Shown: in pieces, positions 37,305 through 46,514 of the stretch
Numbering within the stretch: the stretch's first letter is position 1
Layout: every line of letters starts with the position of its first letter
Assembly: GCA_026396015.1 (NCBI GenBank)
Contig: JAPLXP010000011.1
Span: 15,897 to 79,896, forward strand
Length of the DNA: 64,000 nucleotides
Source of the DNA: Candidatus Nomurabacteria bacterium
GTDB lineage: Bacteria; Patescibacteriota; Minisyncoccia; Phycocordibacterales; UBA9973
Reading direction: 5' to 3'
Made by a program: the position numbers and the translations under genes
The notes under the pieces: model-generated
Told to the model about the DNA's origin: nothing
The model's database searches: none
What the model saw: only the letters and a program-made list of their open reading frames with translations

Positions 37305-37715
37305 TTAACGTTTTGACCACTGTGGAGCTTTGCGAGCCTTCTTCATACCGAACTTTTTACGTTCAACTTGACGAGGATCACGCTTTAGCATCTTTGCTTT
37401 CTTCAATACTACGCGTAGTTCACCATCGTTTAGTACTAGAGCACGAGAGATTCCATGACGGACTGCCTCAGCTTGAGCATGTACTCCACCACCTTTTGTA
37501 GTAGCTACCATCTCAAATTTCTCTGGTGAAGCTGCTGTCTCGAATGCGCCTGTGACGATCTTCTTTAGTTCAGCTGTTGGGAAGTATACATCGAGTTCTT
37601 TTCCATTGATAGAATAAGATGTCTTTGCAGCCTTGTATAGACGTACTACAGCTGTAGCTGTCTTACGACGACCAATAGCGCGAATGTATTCTTTTGTAGA
37701 TTTCTTTTCACTCAT
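37305..37715 (-). CDS. rpsI: 30S ribosomal protein S9
   Basis: GRRKTA, GGG..QAEAVRHG, RDPRQVERKK..QWSKR. Confidence 0.98.
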   Translation of the reverse strand: MSEKKSTKEYIRAIGRRKTATAVVRLYKAAKTSYSINGKELDVYFPTAELKKIVTGAFETAASPEKFEMVATTKGGGVHAQAEAVRHGISRALVLNDGELRVVLKKAKMLKRDPRQVERKKFGMKKARKAPQWSKR

Positions 37716-37719
37716 ATAA

Positions 37720-38079
37720 TTAATCTGTTATTATTAAACGCTTCATCATACGAGGGCGAAGCTTGTTATTTGGTAGCATGTTGTAAACAGCAAGACGATA
37801 AAGCTCTGCTACTCCTTTGCCTTTTTGAGCAAGGATCTTTGCATTTGTCTTGAATTTCAATCCACCTGGACGTCCTGAATATGTCTCGTGCTTTGTCTCA
37901 AGAGTTCTCTTTTCTGTCATTTTTGTCTTGCCTGCGTTTACGATACTTACATGTACGTCAGCAACGTTGTTCTTTGTAAACTCAACTTCGTTCTTGCCTA
38001 GTAGTGCATGTGCAGCAACAGAAGCCACTCTTCCTAGTGTTTTACCTGATGCATCAATTGTGTGTTTTATAGTAGCCAT
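37720..38079 (-). CDS. rplM: 50S ribosomal protein L13
   Basis: IDASGKTLGRVAS, SGRPGGLK, MLPNNKL. Confidence 0.97.
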   Translation of the reverse strand: MATIKHTIDASGKTLGRVASVAAHALLGKNEVEFTKNNVADVHVSIVNAGKTKMTEKRTLETKHETYSGRPGGLKFKTNAKILAQKGKGVAELYRLAVYNMLPNNKLRPRMMKRLIITD

Positions 38080-38090
38080 ATATTTAAAGA

Positions 38091-38444
38091 TTATACAAAT
38101 TCAATAACAGACATTTTACTTGCATCACTGAGTCTCACTGGGAGCTTTGTAATACGAGTATACCCCCCTGCACGACCCTTGTATTTTGGAGCGATTTTAT
38201 CTATGAGTGTCTTTGCCTCAGCTGTGCGGTTGTAAAGACGAGAAACAATAAGGCGGTGTGAGTGTAGTGTGCCTTCGTTTGCTAGTGTTACTAGCTTTTC
38301 CATGTAAGGGCGAAGTTCTTTTGCCTTTGCTTCTGTAGTCTCGATGCGTCCGTGTTTGATCAAAGATAGCATAAGACCCCGCAGCAGTGCTGTTCGTTGA
38401 TTCTTCACTCTTCCAAATTTTCTGTTGTGATTTCCGTGTCTCAT
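38091..38444 (-). CDS. rplQ: 50S ribosomal protein L17
   Basis: MRHG, IETTEAKAKELR, GGYTRI. Confidence 0.98.
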   Translation of the reverse strand: MRHGNHNRKFGRVKNQRTALLRGLMLSLIKHGRIETTEAKAKELRPYMEKLVTLANEGTLHSHRLIVSRLYNRTAEAKTLIDKIAPKYKGRAGGYTRITKLPVRLSDASKMSVIEFV

Positions 38445-38467
38445 AAATAAATTCTAAATACTAATAA

Positions 38468-39448
38468 TTATTCTTTTAGTGTAATATTGTAATTTCCAAG
38501 GGCTTTCTTGATTTCGTTGATACCTTTCTCACCGATACCTTCTATTTCAAGTAAGTCTTCTTTTTTCTTTCGTGCGATACCTCCGATTGTGCGAATGTTT
38601 GCATCAGTTAGAGCATTCAATGTGCGAGTAGATAGGTCTAGTGTGTCGATGCGAGTCTTTAGGATGTCTGTAAATTCACTTCCTGTACCTTCACTTGATT
38701 CAGTAGCAGATTCTTCTTTTACTGATGATTGTAATTCAACTGGCTTTTCTTTTTTCTCGATTGTAAATCCTACGATTGCTTGGAGTTGTTCTGTCATTGT
38801 GACGATAGACTTCTCTAATGCTTCTCGTGGTGTAAGTGATCCGTCAGTCTCGATTGTCATACGTAGACGGTTGTGGTTTGTCTTGTCTCCGACACGCATG
38901 TCTTCAACTTCGTAAGATACACGACGGATTGGAGTAAAGATTGCATCCAATGCGATTGCTCCTACTTCCATCTTTGTCTTCTGGTATACATCCTTTGATA
39001 TAAATCCAAGACCCTTTTCGATAACCATTTCTATAACAAGAGTCTCTTTTCCTGTTATTTCTGCGATGTGTAGATCTCCGTTTAGTACTTCTACTTGGCC
39101 AGAGCATGTAATATCTCCTGCTGTTACTGTTTTAGGTCCTTTAGCTGTTAGTGTTACTGTTTGAGGTTCGTCTGTTGAAAGGCGAAAACGAACTTGCTTC
39201 AACTGAAGCAATAGAGTGATTACATCTTCTTTTACACCGTCAATAACTGAAAATTCGTGATCTACCCCAGAAATTTTTAGTGATGTGATAGCAGCACCAG
39301 GAATTGATGAAAGGATAATACGACGTAGTGAATTACCTAGAGTATGTCCATACCCTGGATAAAGACCGTCTATTTCATAAGTGCCTTTTGTTGCACTTTC
39401 TGAAACTACATTCATTTTTGATGGTAATATGATGTTTAAATCAGACAT
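38468..39448 (-). CDS. rpoA: RNA polymerase alpha subunit
   Basis: GYGHTLGNSLRRIILSS, DAIFTP, alpha-CTD. Confidence 0.98.
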   Translation of the reverse strand: MSDLNIILPSKMNVVSESATKGTYEIDGLYPGYGHTLGNSLRRIILSSIPGAAITSLKISGVDHEFSVIDGVKEDVITLLLQLKQVRFRLSTDEPQTVTLTAKGPKTVTAGDITCSGQVEVLNGDLHIAEITGKETLVIEMVIEKGLGFISKDVYQKTKMEVGAIALDAIFTPIRRVSYEVEDMRVGDKTNHNRLRMTIETDGSLTPREALEKSIVTMTEQLQAIVGFTIEKKEKPVELQSSVKEESATESSEGTGSEFTDILKTRIDTLDLSTRTLNALTDANIRTIGGIARKKKEDLLEIEGIGEKGINEIKKALGNYNITLKE

Positions 39449-39518
39449 ATTATTTGCGCGAGTTGCCCCGCAGTATATTAATTATTTATTAAAAAATAAC
39501 CATACGCTATTAATAAAA

Positions 39519-40127
39519 CTAACGACTATAAAACTCTAGCACTGTATTTAGATCAAGGTAAGCATCGATATTCTTTGGCTTGCCTTGCATTGATCCACTG
39601 AGTGTATCAGCTTTGAATGCCAACCAGTTAGGGATTGTGTATTCTTCTAATTTCTTTGCATAGTTAGTAAAGAGAACACTCTTTTTACTACCTTCACGTA
39701 CTGCAATCACATCTCCAACGTTGATACGCTGTGAAGCAACTGTAGACTTCTTTCCGTTTACTGTAATATGTCCATGAGAAACCATTTGGCGAGATAGACG
39801 GCGTGTATGTGCAAGACCTAGACGGTATGTGACATTGTCCAAACGACGTTCTAGTAATTCAAATAGGAATTCTGTAGCTGGAGTTCCTTTGTGAGCAGCA
39901 GTCTCCTTGATGTAATTACCAAATTGTTTTTCTGAGATTCCGTATGTAAAACGAACCTTTTGCTTTTCGATGAATTGAGTAGCGTATCCTGAAAGAGCTT
40001 TTGGGCGCTTGTCCTTCTTGTTCTTTGAGTGACGTGCTTCTGATGCAACGAATTTAGGTGTTTGGCATTTTTCAAACACTCCTGTTCCTAGTCTTCGGCA
40101 AATTTTATATTTTTGAGCTGTTTTCAT
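39519..40127 (-). CDS. rpsD: 30S ribosomal protein S4
   Basis: EKQKVR..YG, LERRLDN, RQMVSHGH, EFYSR. Confidence 0.98.
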   Translation of the reverse strand: MKTAQKYKICRRLGTGVFEKCQTPKFVASEARHSKNKKDKRPKALSGYATQFIEKQKVRFTYGISEKQFGNYIKETAAHKGTPATEFLFELLERRLDNVTYRLGLAHTRRLSRQMVSHGHITVNGKKSTVASQRINVGDVIAVREGSKKSVLFTNYAKKLEEYTIPNWLAFKADTLSGSMQGKPKNIDAYLDLNTVLEFYSR

Positions 40128-40130
40128 ATA

Positions 40131-40547
40131 TTATACTCTTCGTGGTTTCTTAGGTTTAGGACCATTGTGTGGGACTGGTGTCATGTCGCGGATGCTGGAT
40201 ATTTCGATATCGTAAGCCATAAATGAACGGATTGTAGGTTCACGGCCACTACCAACTCCTTTTACAACTACGTCTACTTCTTTAATTCCTAGTGCCTTTG
40301 CTTTTTCTCCGATAACTGATCCAGCTTTTCCGGCTGCGAAAGGTGTACCCTTCTTTGCACCCTTGAATCCTAGTGCTCCTGCTGAAGTCCAGAAAATAGT
40401 GTTTCCTTCTTTATCAGAAAGAACTACTTTTGTATTGTTGAAAGTAGCTTCAACGTGCAGAGTTCCGGCTACTACCTTTTTCTTTGGAACTTTTGCCTTT
40501 GGAGCGTCTTTCTTTTGTTTAGTTGTGTTTGTTGTTGTTTTTGCCAT
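40131..40547 (-). CDS. rpsK: 30S ribosomal protein S11
   Basis: TFNNT, KKGTPFAA, TPVPHNG. Confidence 0.98.
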   Translation of the reverse strand: MAKTTTNTTKQKKDAPKAKVPKKKVVAGTLHVEATFNNTKVVLSDKEGNTIFWTSAGALGFKGAKKGTPFAAGKAGSVIGEKAKALGIKEVDVVVKGVGSGREPTIRSFMAYDIEISSIRDMTPVPHNGPKPKKPRRV

Positions 40548-40557
40548 ATGTATTAAT

Positions 40558-40619
40558 TAGTTTCTAGTAGTTAGTTTTTAGGTTCTAGTGACTAGGACCT
40601 AGTTACTAATCACTAATTT
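40558..40619. repeat. Inverted heptamer-repeat hairpin between rpsM and rpsK
   Basis: TAGTTTC TAGTAGT TAGTTTT TAGGTTC TAG-TGA-CTAGGAC CTAGTTA CTAATCA CTAATTT. Confidence 0.75.
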
Positions 40620-40999
40620 TATGTCTTACTTTCCTTTCGGCGACCACTTGCCATTGTCTTGCGGACATTTCCACGAACTGTACGTGAATTTGTTTTAGTT
40701 CTCTGACCGTATACTGGAAGCTTCTTCATATGACGAACTCCACGGTGTGACTTGATATCTTTTAATCGTTTGATGTTAGATGCAACTTCACGCTTTAGCG
40801 CCCCTTCTATAGTCATAGATTCGATAACCTTACGGATATCATTCTCTTGGTCTACAGTTAGTGAGTCAGCCTTTGCTGCGACATCTACTCCTGCTTCTTT
40901 TAAAATCTTTCTTGAACGAGAAATACCAATACCGTATAGAGCGGTAAGGCCAATTTCAAGTCTTTTATTATTTGGTATTGTGATTCCTAGAATTCTCAT
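40619..40999 (-). CDS. rpsM: 30S ribosomal protein S13
   Basis: LTALYGIG, RGVRH..LPVYGQRTKTNSRT. Confidence 0.98.
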   Translation of the reverse strand: MRILGITIPNNKRLEIGLTALYGIGISRSRKILKEAGVDVAAKADSLTVDQENDIRKVIESMTIEGALKREVASNIKRLKDIKSHRGVRHMKKLPVYGQRTKTNSRTVRGNVRKTMASGRRKESKT

Positions 41000-41031
41000 A
41001 ACTCAATCGTTTCTATTACTATTAATTAATT

Positions 41032-41142
41032 TTATTGCTTCTGCTTGTGTTTAGGGTTTGAACAAATTACACGAAGATGGCCCTCGCGCTTTACCATTTT
41101 GCATTTCGCACAGATCTTTTTAATTGATGCTTTGATTTTCAT
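41032..41142 (-). CDS. rpmJ: 50S ribosomal protein L36 (not in ORF track)
   Basis: My translation [36 protein letters not shown]. Confidence 0.96.
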   Translation of the reverse strand: MKIKASIKKICAKCKMVKREGHLRVICSNPKHKQKQ

Positions 41143-41286
41143 AAATTTAATCAAACGACAAATAAAATTAGGGTATTAAAACCCTATATTTCTTCTTGTA
41201 ATCGTATGTCAAGTAATACTACACTATATTAATAAAAAATGCAAGCCCAAATTTACTCACTCCGTAGTTTGGACTTACGTTACCTC

Positions 41287-41505
41287 TTATAGGCGCTTTG
41301 TGATTCTACCCTTTCCTCCGTAGGGGTCGATTAGGACCTCTACTCTGTCTCCTACTAGTACCTTGATACGGTTCATACGCATCTTTCCAGACAAGTATGA
41401 TATCAAGATTTTGTCACCACCTAAATCCACTCGGAAGAGGGTGTTTGGAAGGGATTCTGTAACTACCCCAACCTTTGTATTCTCATCAGTTTTAATTTCA
41501 TTCAT
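41287..41505 (-). CDS. infA: Translation initiation factor IF-1
   Basis: VTESLPNTLFRV, SGKMRMNRIKVLVGDRV. Confidence 0.97.
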   Translation of the reverse strand: MNEIKTDENTKVGVVTESLPNTLFRVDLGGDKILISYLSGKMRMNRIKVLVGDRVEVLIDPYGGKGRITKRL

Positions 41506-41547
41506 GTATGTATAGCTATTATACTTGAAAAATATACAAAGGTCAAA

Positions 41548-42864
41548 TTATCTATTTATTACTTCAATCTTATTTAAATCGGAAGGTAGATAATCCTGCC
41601 ATGGGAAGCGGAATTTGGCTGAAATATGCTCTATTCCTGGATCTTTTTTTGCTGTGGAATCTAGGTCATTGATATTAATACCTTTGACTGTGGCTTTGAG
41701 TAAATTTAAATCAGGATTCCATGTCATTGTAGTCTTGCCTGTCATGTTGAATGACAGTACATTCAAGTCTTTTGTTATCGCTTGATTCTTGTCTGTAAAA
41801 TTGAATGAGAATACTGATAGGTCTGGAATTTCTATCTCGGCATATTCCCTATTATCAAGATTTGGAGATACACGATGTATTATAGCCTGCGCTAGATCAT
41901 CCTTTTTGAATATGACTGCACTAATCGTGCCTTTAATCTGCACTACTCCATCCTTTTCACTTGATTGAGTATTTGGATCGTATGAATAGTTGAAATTCGT
42001 AGCATTACCATATAGGATATACCCATTTTTCACCTCTGCTGCTAATTTTCTATTTATTTGTTCTTTGAACACAGTATTCGCTGCTGCCTCAATAGTGCCG
42101 AGACCCACAGAATCAAGACTGTACATATTGCCATCTGCACCACCTGTGATACTACTACCCGATACGGCATAAATCTTGGCATACTTATCAGTCTTTTGTA
42201 ATCCAGGTACTAGGAATGCTTTTGCTTCTGTATTGTATGAATTTCCTGGTTCAAGAGCTGTAACTGTGGTTTTGATTGTACCGGGTAATATATTTCCAGC
42301 TTTATCTTTTGTATATCCTGGAACAGTTAAAGCCTGATCCGTCAAATAAATCCTACCTGTATCCTCGGTAATCTTTGTATTTACAGCAAGCTTTTGAGGC
42401 TTTAAACTATACTCATTCTTAAATATGACAGTACCTTTTGCCTTCAAGGAGACATTCTTACCAGAAGAAAAGCTAATTTTTTGATTCATTGAATCATTTA
42501 ATATCATAATCTCGAAATGTGGAGATTTCTCACCACCCTTGTATCCTACAAATGATTCATTCTGAAAATCTACATTTTGAACTTTGTTCTGTATTGTTAT
42601 GGTGATCTTTTGAAAAGTAATATAAGAAAAATATAGTGCACCCACCAATAATGACAAGATGAACACTATGAACAAATAATTATTCATATGTGGGCCACTC
42701 TTTCTAATTCTAGTCTGTGGAGTTCTTGGTACATGAATTCTTCTTTTAATAACAACTGGTGAATCCGCTGTATAGTTATCACTAAAATCATTATCCACAA
42801 TCTTTATCGGGATATTTTCTCTTAGAGGTTTCTTTATTTGAATATCTTGGATAATTTTTTTCAT
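41548..42864 (-). CDS. Conserved CPR-type single-pass membrane protein with baseplate-J-like extracellular region
   Basis: One TM helix; KAKGTVIFKN, VPG, VTALEPGNSYN, ITGG motifs; paired with an FtsA-like gene. Confidence 0.6.
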   Translation of the reverse strand: MKKIIQDIQIKKPLRENIPIKIVDNDFSDNYTADSPVVIKRRIHVPRTPQTRIRKSGPHMNNYLFIVFILSLLVGALYFSYITFQKITITIQNKVQNVDFQNESFVGYKGGEKSPHFEIMILNDSMNQKISFSSGKNVSLKAKGTVIFKNEYSLKPQKLAVNTKITEDTGRIYLTDQALTVPGYTKDKAGNILPGTIKTTVTALEPGNSYNTEAKAFLVPGLQKTDKYAKIYAVSGSSITGGADGNMYSLDSVGLGTIEAAANTVFKEQINRKLAAEVKNGYILYGNATNFNYSYDPNTQSSEKDGVVQIKGTISAVIFKKDDLAQAIIHRVSPNLDNREYAEIEIPDLSVFSFNFTDKNQAITKDLNVLSFNMTGKTTMTWNPDLNLLKATVKGININDLDSTAKKDPGIEHISAKFRFPWQDYLPSDLNKIEVINR

Positions 42865-42866
42865 TT

Positions 42867-44048
42867 TTAAAATATATCTTTGCGCTTAATGGTCATAGCC
42901 TCCATCATGATCATTGGATCACAAGGGCCGTCCTCAACCTTACAATAACCCAGAAAATCTGCACCCATCAGGCCCACCACCTCACACTCATTTTTAAATA
43001 GCCCAGAAAGGTCTGTATTTTTCTCGGAGAAAATACTCAAGAACCAAGAGTGAACATCCTTATTCATCAAAATAAATACAGCAGAAGGTATTATCTTTGG
43101 CTCTGGGATAGTCTTGATCGCCTCAATCAGGTCTTCTGACCACATTTTTCGTATCGGAGATAGAGCCTTGTCCATCTTTTCTCGCTCTTTGGATTCTAAT
43201 GTGCCCTCCTGATACATTGAAAACAATGATTCAATCTCTTTTACATCTTTGTTAAGCCACTTCTTCAAATATCTAAAAAATGTCTGTCTTCCAAATGGGA
43301 AAGATATAATATTCTTAGGAATACCGTCTAGTATAATAGATACATCAGTGACTTCACCTCCGACATCCACAATCATGAATGAATCAGTGTTGTGATACTT
43401 GTCTCTAGCAGTCAGATACAATGATGACATCGCTGAACTAAAATAAAATGGAATTTCATGAAATGTAGATTTAATCACATCCTCAATGGACTTTATGCAT
43501 TTTTTTGAAGCAAGAGTCAGGATCATATCCATCTCTACAGATTTTGTCTTTTTGTCTATCGGGTCAGCAACTACATACCCATTGAGCTTTACTTGTACGA
43601 TATCCTTGCCTATTATGATTACTCCATTTTCATCTTCGCCGTACAGCTTCTCGTGTACTTTTTTTATCTTGTGTGACTCCTGACTTAGTATTTTTTTCAA
43701 TAATCCGTCTTTGAATACAAACGGATACTTTTCTTCAAAAAGAATATGCCTGGTCTCTGATAGATACCATGGTGAAGATAATATAATAGATATTTTATCC
43801 GGAGCACCTGCACCAGAAGTAGCGATGTGATTAGACACATCTTTTAATGTTCGGATCATATCATCCATAAATACACCAAAATCCAACTTGTCTTGGAATG
43901 GGATATCTTGTCTGTATGACTTTATTATTTTAGGAATCTTCTTTGTATCAGAAGAGAAATCAACAAGAGAACCACCAACAGAATCAGATCCTATGTCAAA
44001 AATTGCAACTATTTTTTTTGTATCTTTTTTAAGAAATGAAAATTGCAT
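42867..44048 (-). CDS. Divergent actin-fold (FtsA/PilM-like) protein
   Basis: FDIGSDSVG, VKLNGY, VDVGGEVTDVS, PFG. Confidence 0.7.
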   Translation of the reverse strand: MQFSFLKKDTKKIVAIFDIGSDSVGGSLVDFSSDTKKIPKIIKSYRQDIPFQDKLDFGVFMDDMIRTLKDVSNHIATSGAGAPDKISIILSSPWYLSETRHILFEEKYPFVFKDGLLKKILSQESHKIKKVHEKLYGEDENGVIIIGKDIVQVKLNGYVVADPIDKKTKSVEMDMILTLASKKCIKSIEDVIKSTFHEIPFYFSSAMSSLYLTARDKYHNTDSFMIVDVGGEVTDVSIILDGIPKNIISFPFGRQTFFRYLKKWLNKDVKEIESLFSMYQEGTLESKEREKMDKALSPIRKMWSEDLIEAIKTIPEPKIIPSAVFILMNKDVHSWFLSIFSEKNTDLSGLFKNECEVVGLMGADFLGYCKVEDGPCDPMIMMEAMTIKRKDIF

Positions 44049-44073
44049 ATTGTAGTTTTATTATACTACAAAT

Positions 44074-44160
44074 TAGGTTTTAGTAGCTAGGTTCTAGGGA
44101 CTAAGGACACAACAAATTATGAAATTACTAGCAACTAATTACTAGAAACTACAACCTAAT
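44074..44160. repeat. Inverted heptamer-repeat array downstream of alaS
   Basis: TAGGTTT TAGTAGC TAGGTTC TAGGGAC TAAGGAC ... CTAGCAA CTAATTA CTAGAAA CTACAAC CTAAT. Confidence 0.72.
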
Positions 44161-45949
44161 CTAGTATTCCTTTTATTCGACGAACACCAGCTGATGATGC
44201 TTCTTCTTTTTGTAGTTTGAAATGACCTATCTTTTTTGTATTGGTCACATGAGGACCACCACAGAATTCGATACTGAATTCTGAGTGCCCCCTCGCCTTT
44301 ACAAGGAGAGGGTCGGGGTGAGGTGCGTCTTCTATAAAGTATACAGATACCATATCTGGGTATTTTGCACCGAATTCCATCTGGGCGCCGATCTTTTCGG
44401 CTTCCTCACGAGGTAGCTCACGGCGGATTACATTCAATCCAGCATTTATCTTTTCATTTACGATATCTTCTACCTTTTTCTTCTCTTCATCTGTCATCTT
44501 GCGGTCAAATGTGAAGTCTATACGGAGTCTTTCTTCTGTGATATTACTACCTCTTTGTTTTACTTCTGCGCCGAGGACTTGTTGTAGTGCAGCTAGCAAC
44601 AAATGGTGTGCTGTGTGAAGGCTGATTGTCTTTTCATTATGATTGGCGAGGCCTCCTTTGAACATTCCTGCAGATGCAGTCTGAGAAAGCTTTTGGTGTT
44701 CAGCCATTTTAACTTTAAAATCTTCCAGATCAATAGTTTGGCCTTTTTCTGCTGCCAATTCAAGAGTGAGCTCTATCGGAAAGCCGTAAGTAGTAGCAAG
44801 AATAAAAGGATCAGTTCCTTTTTCGAATTCTTTTAGACCAGAATCAAGAGTATTTTTAAATTTTTCTATTTCATCTATGATTATTTTATAATTACTCGCT
44901 TTAATGTTTAAGAGTTCGGGGTAAGCATCTTTATATGTATCAACAAAATTAGAAAGTATGGCTGTTATATTTTCTAAAACATAACCGATTGGATTGTAGC
45001 CTATTTTATTTAAATGAACCCAGGCACGCCTTATTAATCTTCGCATAACATATCCCGTGTCTTTATTTGACGGAATAACACCGTCAGAAGCCATTAATAA
45101 AACAGCACGTAAATGGTCTAATATTATTCGTGCACTTTTTTCATTGTAATTACGGCAATTATTTCTAAAATCTTCCATGTCTGCAGAAAAAAGATCAGTT
45201 TCGTATGCACTTTTTTCTCCTTGCATCACGGCTGTCATACGTTCGAGCCCTGCTCCAGTATCCACATTTTTCTGCTTCAGTTTTCCAATGACTTTTCCAT
45301 CCTTCTTTTCATATTCCATGAATACATCATTCCAGATTTCGATTACAGTTTCTTTTTTAACTGCAGCTAAAAATCCTTCATGATCAAGGTCGCCAGTATT
45401 GCCTACCATATCGTAAAACATCTCAGAACAAGGACCACATGGGCCGTTGTCGCCAGGACTCCACCAGTTGTCATCAGCTGGCAGTGCATAAATGCGATTC
45501 TCTGGAATGCCCATCTTCATCCAGATATCTTTTGATTCTTGGTCATACGGAGCATTCTCATCGCCTTCGAAAATCGACACGTATAGGCGATTTTTATCTA
45601 GTCTGAGACCTTCTTCTTTAGAAGTCAGGAATTCATAAGACCAAGTGATAGCTTCGTCTTTAAAGTAATCACCCAGTGACCAGTTCCCCATCATTTCAAA
45701 GAATGAAAAATGGCGATTATCCCCGATATCTTCAAGGTCTCCTGTGCGGACACATTTTTGAATATCAGCTATTCTTTTGCCCATTGGATGCTCTTGGCCG
45801 AGTAGATATGGCACAAGAGGTTGCATACCTGCAGTATTAAAAAGGACTGAGGGATCATTCTCAGGCACGAGTGATGCACTAGGTATTATTTTATGGCCTC
45901 TTTTTTCAAAAAAGGCTAAGAATCTTGAGCGAATTTCATTTGATTGCAT
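44156..45949 (-). CDS. alaS: Alanine--tRNA ligase (short form lacking C-Ala)
   Basis: FNTAGMQP, FFEMMGNWS, GPCGPCSE, DTGAGLER, HTAHHLL, EFCGGPHV. Confidence 0.97.
   Translation of the reverse strand: MQSNEIRSRFLAFFEKRGHKIIPSASLVPENDPSVLFNTAGMQPLVPYLLGQEHPMGKRIADIQKCVRTGDLEDIGDNRHFSFFEMMGNWSLGDYFKDEAITWSYEFLTSKEEGLRLDKNRLYVSIFEGDENAPYDQESKDIWMKMGIPENRIYALPADDNWWSPGDNGPCGPCSEMFYDMVGNTGDLDHEGFLAAVKKETVIEIWNDVFMEYEKKDGKVIGKLKQKNVDTGAGLERMTAVMQGEKSAYETDLFSADMEDFRNNCRNYNEKSARIILDHLRAVLLMASDGVIPSNKDTGYVMRRLIRRAWVHLNKIGYNPIGYVLENITAILSNFVDTYKDAYPELLNIKASNYKIIIDEIEKFKNTLDSGLKEFEKGTDPFILATTYGFPIELTLELAAEKGQTIDLEDFKVKMAEHQKLSQTASAGMFKGGLANHNEKTISLHTAHHLLLAALQQVLGAEVKQRGSNITEERLRIDFTFDRKMTDEEKKKVEDIVNEKINAGLNVIRRELPREEAEKIGAQMEFGAKYPDMVSVYFIEDAPHPDPLLVKARGHSEFSIEFCGGPHVTNTKKIGHFKLQKEEASSAGVRRIKGILD
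44288..44323 (-). repeat. GC-rich palindromic element in-frame in alaS
   Basis: Minus strand CCTCACCCCGACCCTCTCCTTGTAAAGGCGAGGGG encodes PHPDPLLVKARG just before EFCGGPHV. Confidence 0.8.
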
Positions 45950-45976
45950 TTACATAATATAGCAAAAATAAGCGCA

Positions 45977-46011
45977 AATTAAAACACCCTCGTATTGAGG
46001 GTGTTTTAATT
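45977..46011 (-). terminator. Intrinsic terminator
   Basis: AATTAAAACACCCTC-GTATT-GAGGGTGTTTTAATT. Confidence 0.8.
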
Positions 46012-46496
46012 TAGTTATTGTCTTCAAAATAGTCTGCTTTAAAATAATCACTTTTCTTTATCTGCTCTTCAATGAACCATAGTACTACAAAGATAAACAA
46101 TGTCATGAAAGTAGCTATGATTGCGAGCTTTGTCATACCGAATCCTGCTGCCATACCAATACCAGCAGACACCCATAATCCAGTAGCAGTAGTCAGACCC
46201 ATTAGCTTTGAATCACGAGTCACAATCAATCCAGTACCAATGAATCCTACACCGACGAGGATATTACCTACGAGATATAGTGGATTCATACCTGTAAAGT
46301 AGCTGTACTGCTGGATCATCTGATCAGAAATGATAACAAATAATGCTGCACCCATAGATACGAGTGCATATGTACGCATACCAGCAGTCTTGTGTGCCCA
46401 TACACGCTCCATACCGATAATCATACCCAAGAAAAGTGCCACAACTAAACGACTTATAATATCCATTGTTTGAGGATCAAAAAAATGTTGTATCAT
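46011..46496 (-). CDS. MgtC/SapB family membrane protein
   Basis: IGMER..AGMRTYALV, GVGFIGTG, GLTTATGLW. Confidence 0.92.
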   Translation of the reverse strand: MIQHFFDPQTMDIISRLVVALFLGMIIGMERVWAHKTAGMRTYALVSMGAALFVIISDQMIQQYSYFTGMNPLYLVGNILVGVGFIGTGLIVTRDSKLMGLTTATGLWVSAGIGMAAGFGMTKLAIIATFMTLFIFVVLWFIEEQIKKSDYFKADYFEDNN

Positions 46497-46514
46497 TTTT
46501 TTATTATAACACTT

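Noticed and set aside
41548-42864. Second prophage, suggested by the baseplate-J-like region
   Set aside because: The protein is membrane anchored and sits among housekeeping genes with no other phage genes nearby.
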